Assembly (NCBI GenBank): GCA_051942165.1
Contig: JAVECS010000005.1
Span: forward strand, 1 to 60,567
Direction: 5' to 3'
Source of the DNA: Circinaria calcarea
Taxonomy: Eukaryota
DNA length: 60,567 nucleotides
Positions 25,820-38,256 of this stretch are shown one piece after another; position 1 is the first letter of the stretch, and the number at the start of each line of letters is the position of its first letter. Under the pieces are notes generated by a model. It saw only the letters and a list, made by a program, of their open reading frames with translations. It was not told the origin of the DNA and searched no databases. The position numbers and the translations under genes were made by a program.

Positions 25820-26837
25820 ATGTCCTTCAACACAGAGACCACTTTGGATTCAGCGGCACAGCATCAGGCATCCACCGAACCTAGACTTGCCCAACAAGAA
25901 ACCGAGCTTGCAACCCACCCGAAAGATGTACAGAGAGGCTCTACAGCCGAGCCCACAACCGAGCCTACAACCGATTCTACCACCGGAGACAGCAAGTTGG
26001 CTACACTTACCGAGTCTGCCAGCAATGCGGCCGCTGCGATGAAGGATAACGTTTTCTCGATGTTTGGCGGTGGGGCAAAGAAGGAGAAAAAGCCCGAGCC
26101 CGAAGATGATGTCAATGAGCCTTCGGGTTCATCGAAAGCTAAGAAGGATGTTGAAGATGCTGAGGTGAGATTGATACTCTGAGAGCCCTTTGCTCACTCA
26201 CCATGCACAAACTAACCTTGGCGGCTGCCTTAAAGGAGGAAGCGCCGGATTCTCCCGAAGTCCACTTTGAGCCTGTTGTGCATCTGACCGAGAAGGTCGA
26301 GACGAAGACGAACGAGGAGTCGGAAGAGCAGACCTTCAAGATGCGTGCCAAACTCTTCAAGTTCGACCGTGAAAGCAGGGAATGGAAAGAGCGTGGGACG
26401 GGAGACGTGAGGCTTCTAAAGCACAAGGAAAACGGCAAGACAAGACTGGTCATGAGAAGGGACAAGACCTTGAAGGTTTGCGCCAATCATTATGGTATGG
26501 CTGTGGATTTTGGGCTTCACTTTGGTTACGTACTTATAAGATGGCAGTGGTACCGGATATGAAGCTATCACCAAACGTTGGCAGTGACAGAAGCTGGGTT
26601 TGGAATGCGGCAGCGGATGTTAGTGAAGGGGAGCCAGAGCCATGCACACTTGCTATTCGTTTCGCCAATAGCGACAGTATGTATCTACGAAATCCAAAAA
26701 TCCAAGGCATACACGTCATGCTAACAAAACCTGTAGACGCCAATCACTTTAAGGAGGCTTTCATCAAAGCACAGCAGGAGAACGAAGCTCTTTTCAGCCA
26801 AGACGCAGAGAGTGGGCAACCAAAGGAGGAAGCTTGA
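25820..26837 (+). CDS. YRB1: Ran-binding protein 1 (RanBD), 4 exons
   Basis: [76 protein letters not shown]. Confidence 0.96.
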
Positions 26838-27427
26838 GGAGGACGGTTTGGGGTGGGTTATGATGACTTAGATTACACCTGTGGTTGCGATGAATGATAT
26901 TGACACGATGCTCAAAATGGATTACCGGGTTGCCTGTCATTCAGCATGCTTTGGAGGGTTTTCGCACCCCCACTAAAACAAATGCGACTGGTGTCTAGAT
27001 ATCGGTTGCCTTTGTTGGTAACGCCAATGTACGGAAGTCTAGGAACTTTTAATGATATGACGATCGGAATCAAGTATTTGGAGCTTCTGATCAGGAAAAC
27101 CTAACTATCCGGCTGAATTAGCTTCGGTGACAGTAACTAAGAGATGGACAATTGATCAATAACGTATATCCTGACACCCCTCCTCTGCCGTCACTTCTTC
27201 GTCCAGGAGCTCGAGGCGGCAAAGGTGGTTAAATTGCGCGTACCTGAATTAAGCGACCTTTCCCGCCATCCCGCTCAAACCCCACCAGTTAGTCGACCAG
27301 CGTGTATTTGGGAGTCCCGTGATCCTTGCAGTGATATCGACTTGATGTTCGTCATTTCTCGCTGATCTGTTGGAGGTGAACAGGAAGCCTACGATAGGTG
27401 GAATTCGATACAGATATCAGCAGTACA

Positions 27428-28548
27428 ATGCCGGAAGTAAGTTGCATCACTGGCTGTATTGCGTCCTGTAGTACGGGCATGCACTTAACGCTAATTCCCC
27501 CCGTCACTCCCTTAGGTAAAGCGTACGGTTAAGATCGTGACGGAGCAAAAGATCATGTATGAGACTTGTCAAATATCGTTACCGAACAAGAGGGATACTG
27601 GGTCCTAACTGATCACCGGACTCTAGAGAGAAGCCTTCGGGCCAGGAAGGGTTTCCCATGCGCCGATGGAACATTCAGATCTTTCTCCTGAATGAACATG
27701 GCGAGGAAATGCCAGCAAGTATCTTCAGCAAAGTTGTCTACAAGCTCCATCCGACATTCGAGAAGCGCGCAGTTCAAAGTATGCCCTCCCTTTCGGATAT
27801 CGGTAGAGGGAATATACCCTTGAACAGTATAGCTGATCATCTTCCTTTGCGTAGCCTTCACTACACCCCCGTTTAGAATACAAGAGGAGGGTTGGGGCGA
27901 ATTCGATATTGAAATTGTTCTGACGGCAATGGACAAGGGAGGAGAGTATCCTCTGGTGCATGACTTAAATTTTCAGAGCAACCGGTACGAAGCGAAACAT
28001 ACCATTGTAAGCTGTATTCTAGTGCTATGGGTCGCTGTGTAGTGTCAATTGCTGACGCTGTTATTGTTGTTGCAATGTACAGGCATTCAAAAATCCAAAG
28101 GCAGGTCTCCTAGCTGCATTGAGGGAATCCGGACCTGTGCCAGGCGACGAGAATGGGATTAAGAAGCGAGCCGGAGAAGAATCTGTGAAGAAGAAGAAGC
28201 GACCTGATAAAGGAGTAAGTCACGGTGCCCGCTGTATTTTAATCCTTTCAACGTTGTGTATAAACTAATAAACTAAATTCCAGATTGATATGGATCGATT
28301 AGCAGACAATCTTCAAAGATTGACAGAAGATGATCTGCTACAAGTTGTCCAAATGGTGCATGAACATAAGAGTCCAGACTCATATACCAAGAATGATGTG
28401 GACGGTATGCCCGCCCTGCAAACTTATGTCTGACATTCAAGGATGTTAATGTTCCGCAGCCGGAGAGTTCCATGTGGATCTGTATACCCTACCAGATAAT
28501 CTGATCCGAATGTTGTGGGATTTCTCGGTGGAGAGGTTGGGCGCATAA
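27428..28548 (+). CDS. TAF14: YEATS-domain TFIID/TFIIF/SWI-SNF subunit Taf14 (about 7 exons)
   Basis: MPE|VKRTVKIVTEQ, GFPMRRWNIQI, KVVYKLHPTF, PPFRIQEEGWGEFD, HDLNFQSNRYE, FKNPK; ET domain LTEDDLLQVVQMV...GEFHVDLYTLPD..LW. Confidence 0.95.
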
Positions 28549-28911
28549 TGGGGCATTACCATGAAAGGGCTTTTACTTGGTCTGTACGCTCGCGCCTCAT
28601 ACTCCTGGATCTACTCCATGAGTTGCGATTTATGATGGGAACTTTGGGCTGGTTTCGGTGACCCCTGCATCTTGCTATGTCGGGCTCTACTGGACTTGAT
28701 GATATCTTCGGCTTCGTCCAAAGAGCCACATAAATAAGCCTGCATCTCTTTTTGTCCAAATGCTCGTGGTACGATGAGTTGTGCAGCTCTCAGTGAATTG
28801 TCTATGTTATTGAAGCGATTGTGAAAGTGGTATTGTCGTGGTTGAAACTACTTATTGTATTCCAGAGATGCACCGTTTCATGCCATGGGTGCACTGACAA
28901 TAGGAACACCC

Positions 28912-28947
28912 CTATTGACCCTATTGACCCCATTGACCCCATTGACC
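28912..28947 (+). repeat. Four tandem 9-bp units CYATTGACC upstream of the orphan gene
   Basis: ctattgacc ctattgacc ccattgacc ccattgacc. Confidence 0.9.
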
Positions 28948-29229
28948 CCTGGGACCAGCGCTCACATAGATCGTCCTCTCTTCTGCTCTTCCTCCATCAC
29001 ATCTATAACCTCGTCGTTCACTTCTTTCCACGGTCTGCTACCTTAAGAGTACTCTCCTATAACCATCACCGCTCTTACAAGCACTTCTCCATCCAACGCT
29101 GGCCACTTGACGTACTACTCCTTGTACAGCTCGCCATTGATAGCTCTTGTTCTACAGCCCTTGTCCTTCACTCCTCGTCTTCGGCGCCTTTTTTGCTTCC
29201 AATTCGAAGAAGGTCCACTTTGCAGAGCA

Positions 29230-30327
29230 ATGTCTTCTAACTCCTCTTCCTCCTCCTCCTCTGTTTTTTCGTCCCCTTCTTCTTCGGACCACCACCGAGA
29301 ACCTCCCTCTGCTACTGCTCACCACGACCACCAAGCCACTGTTGCACCTCCCACCCATGGGCCTGACCAAGCTCCGGCCGCCATGGCTCCCTCCCTCGAA
29401 AACCGTCAGGTCCCGGCTGTTCCTCTCCACCATGATCACCACCAGGCTTCATCTCTTACCCCTCATGATGACCGTACTGAGTACGGTCAGTCCGCTGGGC
29501 TTGCACCCTTGAACGCGCCTAATGCCCTAAACGACTCTGACGAAACGGAAGAGGGAGAGGATCATCCCACAGCCCCCGCGCTTTCCGGCCTAAGGGCCTC
29601 TGTCGGCCCTCAATTTTCAAACCCTCAGCTTCTAGCTGACGTGCGGGCCGATGTGGGCCGAATGATGGCGATGGAAGACCAGATTGCCGGCCTCGAGGAT
29701 GATGTAGAGGATCTCCAAAAGAAGCTCGATGATGAAAGGGATGCAAGGGAGGAAGAAAAAGCACGGCTGGAGCAGCAAAACGAGACCCTGCTGATGACCT
29801 TGGAAAGTGAAAGGGTCGAAAGGAGAATCGAGAGGGACGCAGAGAAATCGGAGAAAGCCCGCCTTGAGAAAGAGAGAGATGAGGCCCGTGAGGCGCTCGC
29901 ACGTCGTAAGGAATCCCTCCCCTCCGTCTTCTTTTCCTCCGATTCTTTTCCTTCTCGGTCGAGACACTTGACCTTGCCCAATCCACTTACCATCCTGCCT
30001 CGTTCCCTGCTTTTCCGTCTCCAAGACTTGGCCCAAAGTACACGTTCAACGCCGACGCATGCTAATTGCTCATTGCTAGACCTTGCTGCCGCTGCTACCC
30101 CCGCCCAAGTCCGCGCTGCCAACGCTCGAGCCGCCCTCAAGCGAAAGAGGGAAGCCGCCGCTGCTACCGTCAACGACGAAGAAGGCGAAGATCCTGCCGC
30201 TGGGACTCAGGGCTGCAAGAAGCGCACCAAGCGCGCTGTGAACGAGACTGCCGCCAAGGGGAGGAGCAAGCGCGGGGAGGAGCCACCCCACAAGGGTTTA
30301 TCCGAGGGGAGGAAGACGAGAAAGTAG
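29230..30327 (+). CDS. Orphan protein: Ser/Pro/His-rich N-terminus, charged coiled coil, basic C-terminus (probable intron 29906-30079)
   Basis: Long open frame; IAGLEDDVEDLQKKLDDERDAREEEKARLE coiled coil; GTAAGG donor, GCTAAT branch and TAG acceptor around a pyrimidine-rich segment; KRKR and KKRTKR NLS-like motifs. Confidence 0.7.
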   Translation: MSSNSSSSSSSVFSSPSSSDHHREPPSATAHHDHQATVAPPTHGPDQAPAAMAPSLENRQVPAVPLHHDHHQASSLTPHDDRTEYGQSAGLAPLNAPNALNDSDETEEGEDHPTAPALSGLRASVGPQFSNPQLLADVRADVGRMMAMEDQIAGLEDDVEDLQKKLDDERDAREEEKARLEQQNETLLMTLESERVERRIERDAEKSEKARLEKERDEAREALARRKESLPSVFFSSDSFPSRSRHLTLPNPLTILPRSLLFRLQDLAQSTRSTPTHANCSLLDLAAAATPAQVRAANARAALKRKREAAAATVNDEEGEDPAAGTQGCKKRTKRAVNETAAKGRSKRGEEPPHKGLSEGRKTRK

Positions 30328-31250
30328 AGGAGCAGGGCGGTGGAGGAAAAGGAGAAAAGGGGAGAGGATGGGTGCCAGATGAGAATGAAACGTGTGTGCA
30401 GATTGCTTGTTCGGTGAGAGGAGAGAGAATTGGTGGCAGATACTTGCTTAGATAGCCTGAGACGAGCGAGACAGTTGCTTAAATAGAACACTTGATCACC
30501 TGACTATGTTCTTAGAGATGATTTTCGTCGAGCCGCACCAAAGTACTAGGGACCGTTGACTGAAACTCCACGTCGCCTTTGAATCCATTCGCTCCAAGCT
30601 CATCAATTAAGTCAGAGGCGCGCCGCCCCATGTGATGGCTACTCGATCTGGGTACCCTCATGGAATAAAAGGGCTAGAATACATCGATCTCCATACCCTG
30701 GTAGCTTCAGACGGCAAGTCGAAGAAAACGATCCCCGCGGCTGAAAACACGTGGATACTGTATTCAGGAAATAAGTCTCCGGTTTGATGGAGTTTTCTTT
30801 GTTAGGACTGTACGAAAAACGGCCCATGGCGCATGCTAACGATGTTCTTGAAATCGAGGTGGACAACATTCTCTTTCACAACAGACAAGCACAAGCCTGC
30901 CTTTATTCACGAAGAACCAATACGTATGATCGGAATTTTCAGTCGCAGAACCAACTGGAATGATACAATATAAGCAAAAGTGGTATTACCTCCTAACCGG
31001 ACTGTCTGTACCCATTGCAGCCACTACCAATCACAAGAAGGTACAGTTTTTTAGTCACAGGCGACAACAACTAAAATACAAGAAAGGAGCAAAACCCAGA
31101 GTAAGAAGTTGTCCGCCTTTTCCCACGAAGCAACGCTGATTCCGCACCATTGCACCGTGTAAATGCTTTCGACACCCAGCGCCTTCGTAAATAGACGCGC
31201 CCTTTGCAAGTTTCCACGCTAAGAAAATGGGATTAAATTCACAGGTAGGA

Positions 31251-32228
31251 TTAGAAGAGAACTCTGTGTCTGCGGCTGGTGTCAGCGTCTAGCTCCTCAG
31301 GTATAGGATGTCACGACATACTGCAGCAGCAACCATTCCAAACTCGAAGCACTCATATCTCGTCCGGAAGGTATCTCATCGATCAGGGACACGAGATTCG
31401 CAATCAACTCGCTACCCTTATACGCAAGTATCGCGGGGACAACGGCCACGTCCATCTCAGCTTCTCGATAGGCGAGCTTGACAAAACGGGTGGTTTCGTG
31501 TTTCCGAGCGAGGTTTGAGAGAGCGTCTTCTACGATGGCACTGACTGCCGACTGCCGCGAGAAGTTAGTGACGATGCTACAGGAAAGCAAAAGTTTAGGT
31601 CACCCACCTCCTCGTCATATATGCATACCACCACGACCGTATCTGAGGCCACCTTCTCCACGGCATCGAGATATCCAATTGCATCCACCATGGAAACATA
31701 GCCGTATCTCCGCTTGCTGGGGCTTTGTCGCCTCGTTCGACGATCCTGCCCGCCCGACTGCATCTCAATTATTCGTTTGGCTCTCCACTCCCGCATGAAA
31801 TCGTCCTCGTCATCGTCGGCGGAGCTGTCCGTACTCGGGCTACCTTCTCTTCGGGCTGAGGGCAAGGAGATTTTCTGCTTTTCGAGAACCGTGCCGGCGA
31901 GACCGTTGGAGAAAGCGTAAAGAGACTGTCGGAAGCCACGTTTTCTGGCCCGGTCAAAAGACTTTGCGTCGGCAATGACACCTTTGGGCCCAGTATTTGC
32001 ATCAAAGGTCGTCCCGTTGGGGATGTGATATATAGAGGAAGGCATGGGGTTGGAATGATTGATCGCGGTCTCGTCCTCGCCGTCACTGTCACGGGCCTTG
32101 GTTTCGATGTCAGAGGAGGGCTCGGAAGTGTCGGCGCTGGTGGAAGCGTCTTCGGGATGGGAAGTGCGAGCGTGGCGGTCTTGATTCGCGATGAGGGTGT
32201 CAAATTCGTCCTGGGCAGCAGTAGCCAT
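31251..32228 (-). CDS. phnA: Phosducin-like protein (PhLP1 class, PhnA/BDM-1 type), 3 exons
   Basis: ANTGPKGVIADA (G-beta-gamma-binding motif), FMREWRAKRIIEM, YLDAVEK, thioredoxin-like RFVKL..VPAILAYKGSELIANL. Confidence 0.92.
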
Positions 32229-34573
32229 GGTAAAAGGAGAAGGGCTTTGTAAGAGAGTAATATCGAAAGCCGCCAAGGGGTGAGTCTGGGGATGTTTGCT
32301 TTTCTTGTTTCGGATTTTGGCGGTGAGAGGAGTTCCACAATCGCGACGGCTGCTGGAGACAGAATGCGGTGGTTGCTGGAACGTCGGCGGGGGACGAGTC
32401 GTCCGGATGGGCCGTTTCAATGGAGAGGGGATGAGTGAGGGATGTATAAAGGGATTGATAGGATCTCTCGATTCCCTCGCTATGCGATCACTGGCCGAGA
32501 AGGGGCGAAGTCGGAATGTGTGGCGGGGCCAGTGCCGAGTTGGCGAGGATGTTGTTTTGTTTTGCCACGAGGCCTCTCCAGAGTGTGCCAGTATTCGACG
32601 AGAAGACAATCTCGGGCCCAACGTGGCCGTCAGGGATAATGCATGGTCGACCCCTGCGGCAGATCCTGGTGATGGCCTGAAACGATCCTTCCCATGGGCC
32701 GTGTTGGAGGACCGCCTGCACGGAGAAGAATATCGAGCACGTCAGGCAGGACTCTCCCGCACATCTGCTTTCGGGACGCGACCGGTTGCGCCTGAAGTCA
32801 AACATGCGACTTGGTGAGGAGACGGAGACCCGGTGGCAATGCGTGTTTGCAGCTGAACGTCGTCGTTGTTGTTGTCGAGGTGTTGTGGTGTTGTAATTGG
32901 TGTTGCAATATTTGTTGTTCCTCCTCCGCTTAATCAGAAGGAACCATACGGACTCCAGTGCTTCCGGCGCAACTACAGTAGGAATCTCTCAAGGGGAGAC
33001 ATGAGGTCGCACTGTGGGATATGATGCTCACGTGGCACTCTGATGCATCCTGGCCGCTTTCTCCTACCCTGACTTATCTGTCACCCTTGATGCATTCGGG
33101 GAAGCCTTCTATGAAGTACGCTCGGCTTCCCTGCATTAAATACTGTACTGGTATGCACCCACACGTGCTCTCTTCGGCTTCGACCCTGGACATGCCCAAA
33201 CAGTGGTGAGACGGCGCAACCCCTGCACGAGAACCCTTTTCTTTGCAAATGATCTTGCCCCAACCTTCCCACGTGCCACTATCCGAGGGAAGCTTTGCAC
33301 TCTCTCAACTCCCTACCTTATACATAGAGGCTATCGACGCCGACCAACACCGCTTACGCGTTGATTTCCCGTCTGCCCTAGAGCATTATCAATCACGTCT
33401 GGACTGAAGCCAGACGAGCGAGTGGGATGGAGATCGACATCATCGAGCTGGGCAGTAGTACACCACTCGCGGGAGACCGTCCGTACGCCAGGGAGAAATC
33501 TGCTGACTGGTGTCTACATTCACGCGTGCTGCTACATTCCATCACTTGTTTGCAGTACAGCCCGAGGGACTAGAAGGTTTTCAATTGTCTGTTTGCTCCA
33601 CACAAGAAACAGCCCAACGGCAAAGCCCTCTGATGAACGCTACCATTGACAACTCTACCGGTCCCCGGGACCGATCAAGCTTATCGGTCCGCATCAAAGT
33701 GGTCGGATACCAAACCGCAGGTGGTAGTTTTGACCTGCTGCAATCCCCCCTCATACATAGCAGGAATTTGGTACCAGAACAGGAAAGGGTTCGCAAGGGG
33801 AAGAGAATAGCGCCAATGCTTCGACGGAAAAACATGTATTCCAGTGACAATTGCCGGCTAGTGTCGCTCATGATAACAGCACCGTAACATTCAACCGTAC
33901 ATACAAGGGCTAGTGTAAAAGAGCTGTACCGCGCCATCATCGGTTGGACCGTCGATGAAAGGATCGCATCTTGAGCACAATCTGTCTTAGTATCTAGAGA
34001 CGTGCTTAACCTTATTAGTTGTTGAAGAGAACTGTACAGAATAGTGCTTGAACGCAACGTCCACGATGTCTAGCTGACCGGAAAGATGTTCGTAGAGTGC
34101 TTTGTCAACTTGTTTGTCGGAAATTAGGTCAGCTTGGCGGTATGTTGCGCAGTAGGAGGCTTTTGACAAGGATCGAGAGTGCTGAACACTCGGCATTGCT
34201 GGGACAGTCTCATCACGCGAGACGTGTGACAGAATAAGAAAGACACAATATGGAACCTAATCTCCCACATCCATGCACCACCGCCAAGTAGCTGATACGG
34301 CAGTAGAACCTTTGGCAGTTACCGAAATGTCAGAATTATGATGAAAAGGAAGTGCAAGGCCAAATCGAACACCGAAGAGCGCCAGTGAATACTTTCATTT
34401 CGTCGTATTTCCTCGTTTTCCCACGAGTACCAAATAAAGAGTTTGCGAGAATCCGGATCAATTCGAAGAGGGGGAGTGGTCGAACACATGGATCTCTGAA
34501 TCAGATACCATAGGGTGAAAGCTTCATTTGTTCCGAACTTTGACATTCACTTCCACGAATCTGCTTAACGACA

Positions 34574-36300
34574 TTACCACGCCCAAACCTTGAGCTACAA
34601 CGGCGGGATATAAGTCAGCCACCTACTGTTAAGGACATGTCCGATACATATCGCTCATGCAGATCCTCGGAAAACTTACAAAAGAGTCCCAAGATCCGGT
34701 GCACAAGCTGATTCCATCATTACTGACCCCTAAACAGCTTACGCGATTCACGTGGCCATTTAGACTACCAATTCGCTCGCCGCGAAGGACGTCCCACACC
34801 TGTCCGATAGGAGTCACTGTTAGTCTGCTAGCTATTCTGGTATAACCGTCCAGGGTGAACAGAAGCCTGTCGGCCCTAAAGAGACCAGCGCGCGAGTTGA
34901 CATACCTTGCATTCAAAGTCGTCGTATCCTGCGAATAATAATCGACCTGATACCGAGAATCCTACCGATGTAATGCCACAGAGGACTTGTTCGCTCTGCG
35001 TCTCAAGTGTATGTTAGCTGATCAGTGTCCAATATGTCTAACGGCAAATGCAAAAAGTAGACCAAGTACATGCAGCAAAGAATGAGCATCAGTTCAGGAC
35101 ATGCTGTGATTGAATAGGGAGAAGAAATTAGAGCTTCGTTGTGAGAGGCATAGCAATGAATATATTCCCAAATGTCATCCGCACGGAGATGAGGTACTCA
35201 GATTCACGCTACAGTCTGCAAGACAGACTCTCAAGCATGCTAAGTATAATGGTTACCAGGCTTCCAACCCGTATAGGCCAAAGCGAAAGAAATAGCGCTA
35301 GGAAAAATAATCATCGCCATGCTCCTTTTGAGAGAGGTGCGTAGGGAGAAAAAGTAGAATCAGACAGCTTACCGAGTACTGATTGACTTCACGATCAGCG
35401 CGAATGTCGAATAGACGGCAAGAAGCGTCGTCAGACCCGGTCCCAAAGGCATTACCGTCAGGAAAAAACTGAATAGCATTGATATCCGACTCATGACCTG
35501 CAAAGGTCTGCACGGCTTTACCGGTCCGGATATCCCAAAGCTTCGCAAACGCATCGCAAGCACCGGAGACAAAAACATTTTGGTTGGTCGGATTGATGCT
35601 AATACTCATGACATCTCCAAGATGATCAGCGAACTCTGTGACCTTGGAACCACTTTCAACATCCCATAGCATGCAGGTCATATCACCAGAGGAGGTTAGG
35701 ATACGGCGATCGTTGATGAATCGACAGCAAGAGAGATAACCGGAGTGGCCCGAAAGCTCACGAGCCACGCGGGTTGGACCATCGCGAGAGGAGAGATTGT
35801 ACACGGAGCAGATGTTGTCAAGGCCACCACACGCTACGTAATTGCCACTGGGAGCATAGGCGCAAGTCATGACCCAGGAAGAGCGAAGAGGTATTGCGTG
35901 TACCTTGTTGGTGGTGTAGGCATCCCATATGATGAGCTTTCCATCTTGAGACGCAGACACCAGGTGACGCCGATCCGTGGACCAGTGCATAGCATATATC
36001 TTTGCCAGATGACCTTTAAGTATGCGACGTGTTTTCATTCCGATCCTAGGTAGAGCATCGGTATTACTCTGAGCAACGCCGCGCACTGGACAGATCTTTG
36101 TTAGCCTTGCCGAGTTTCGAAGAGATTGAGAGCGATAACCTGGGAAAGCATAGGAGGGCAGACCAAGCCAGCCGGGACTTACGAGTAATATCTGCAAGAT
36201 CGTCCTTCTTACGTTTGATTTTGTCCTTGAGGCCTTCGGCGTCGCGCCTCGCAGCGGCAATCTTTGCCTGCATCTGCTCTCCGGAGATCTCATTCGCCAT
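34574..36300 (-). CDS. sfaD: Heterotrimeric G-protein beta subunit (SfaD/Gpb1 type), 5 exons
   Basis: [60 protein letters not shown], ending LKVWAW*. Confidence 0.97.
35084..35324 (-). ncRNA. Candidate intronic box C/D snoRNA-like RNA (~240 nt) in the long G-beta intron
   Basis: Sense strand: GAGCA-TG-GCGATGA (C) ... CTGA (D')-GTAC-loop-GTGC-GGATGA (C') ... CTGA (D)-TGCTC; the terminal stem extends imperfectly; host intron is ~375 nt versus ~55 nt typical. Confidence 0.55.
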
Positions 36301-38256
36301 CGCACCAGGCTCCGCTATTTGAGCGCCGATGTATTCTGAGTTCAAAGCCGTTTCGAGTCTTCGATTGCAACGTGTAACTTGATGCGAAGGTTAGGGGAAG
36401 AGACTGAGTGCTGCGTGCGTAAGACCAAGCTGGAACGGATACCTCTCGAAGCGAGTGGAGAGATTCTCAAGGAGTAGTTAAGAAAGCATCGATTCGGTCT
36501 TGCTGCTCACACATTCAGGCAGGTATGTGATGATTGACGTCGATTATGGGTATGTAGTGATGGTGTGGTTGGAGGTTTGTGACTACTGCCGACCTTCAGA
36601 CCTTGTGGAACAATGTTTTTACGGAAGCGAAATGAGACGGGGCGCAGTAACATTGCGGCCGCTACGGAACTGAACGGTGCTTACGGAGTACCAGTAGGTA
36701 TTTCTAATAATGGTTTGAGATGGGACATGGAGTGCCTGAGGCCGAGACTCTCCAAAAAGTTGGATTACTTAGGTCCCTTTGAGTCTTTCAAGGAGTCCTT
36801 TAGAGCCTTGGAGTATGGAGCACTACTACCTGCTCTTCCAAGTATACGGAGTAATAACGGACCACTCGCATGAACGGTCGCCTCACGTGACTTTGCACTC
36901 CGGAGAATGGTACCCTTGCGCAACAGGGCTGTCGCACTAACACCGCTCCGTCACGGTCAGGCAGAGCCTTCGAGTATTGCACAGGAGCCCAAGGTGTCAG
37001 CTGTACCGGAGAGCGCACTGTAGCACTGAAGGGACTTGGGCTTCGAGCAAAGCAGTCTACCAGACTAAGGAAACACTCCCTGTTCTCTTATGCACGCTCT
37101 CCTCAAGCTAGACCTACATGGTGCAAGTTTTCTGTCGAGGCGGGTGAGCAAATGTCGTTGCCGAAAATAGATAACAATATGATACTGGAGACCTCCCACA
37201 CAGGAACCACATTTTGTTGGACAACACAAGATGTTGGACGTATACTACGTAGTGGAAGTCCGGTTTACAAAGGTTTGATCTATAGACAATGAGAACGAGG
37301 GCAACCTCCATTACACTGATTGTCTTTCATCAGCACCGGCTTTTGCACACCAGCCTCGTGTGATTCTTTTCTAGCACAAGTAGTGACAGCCCCGTCCGGA
37401 AAAGCCGCATCAAAGAAACTGATGCAAACAAGGCAGGGAAGCATATGCACACCAAGTTAACTGTAATATACTGTAGCACACACAAGGACCTCCATTAGTT
37501 TGCAACAAGGATCAGTCGCTCACTTTGTTAACACAGGAGAGTGGTTAATTTCAAAACAGTGTACTGTTAGCTAAGGTAAGGTAAACTAATTATTGGCCCC
37601 AGTCCTGAGCACTAAATAGAATATTACGCGGGCGGAAATGCCCCCCCGGACTCCATCTCTTCTTTCTTCATCGCCAACAACGTAGATATTCTCGTTTCCG
37701 ATCGTGAACTCCGAGTCCCGCATCGAATTTGTCCTGGATTCAGCTTCTACTCGAGTATCTTTGGGACTTGGTGAGAAAAATCTCACTGCTCGCTGCTTGC
37801 TGCTCGCGTACGGATTTGTTCATCCGAACTTTTGAACAGAAGCAAACGTCTTTACGATCATCAATCAACGCGCTACAGTCATCAAAGAGGACTCTGGACG
37901 GTATAGCAGCGACTGAAGAGATATCTTGGGTAAACCTTCGATCTATTGTAGGGTCCGTTGGCACAGTTCTCCAGCGACTTCCACCTCCCTGCGACAGCAG
38001 ACACGGTCAGGAAGTTCTTGTCGAAATACAGCGCTTGTTACCATTTCGATTGATATTCATACCAATCTCCATAGTCTTCTCACTATCGCAAACCGACCTT
38101 CAATATTAAGGGATTACTCCGAGGCCCAGTGGGCGCAGCCCTCCCAGGAAACACAGACCCTGCATAGTGAGCAAAATCCTCGTGAAACCTGTTATGGCTT
38201 TGGCTAATTGGAGTCTATCATAGCAGTTCTCTGCAGCTATTTCCGCCACCTGCAGA

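Noticed and set aside
518..28548. Apparent cluster of chromatin genes (JmjC, DOT1, Raf2/DIM-7-like, TAF14)
   Set aside because: Interspersed with unrelated housekeeping genes; JMJD7-type JmjC proteins are not histone demethylases; consistent with chance
32229..32621. 131-codon in-frame extension upstream of the phosducin ATG (GTG start in the ORF track)
   Set aside because: Low-complexity Pro/Arg/Ser translation of GC-rich leader DNA; the ATG at 32228 has good context and matches the family N-terminus
33400..34200. Overlapping short ORFs and intron-like signals between phosducin and G-beta
   Set aside because: No consistent spliced frame or recognisable motif could be built
37729..38207. 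ORFs upstream of samB
   Set aside because: Near-cognate starts and no motifs; most likely long 5' leader or promoter
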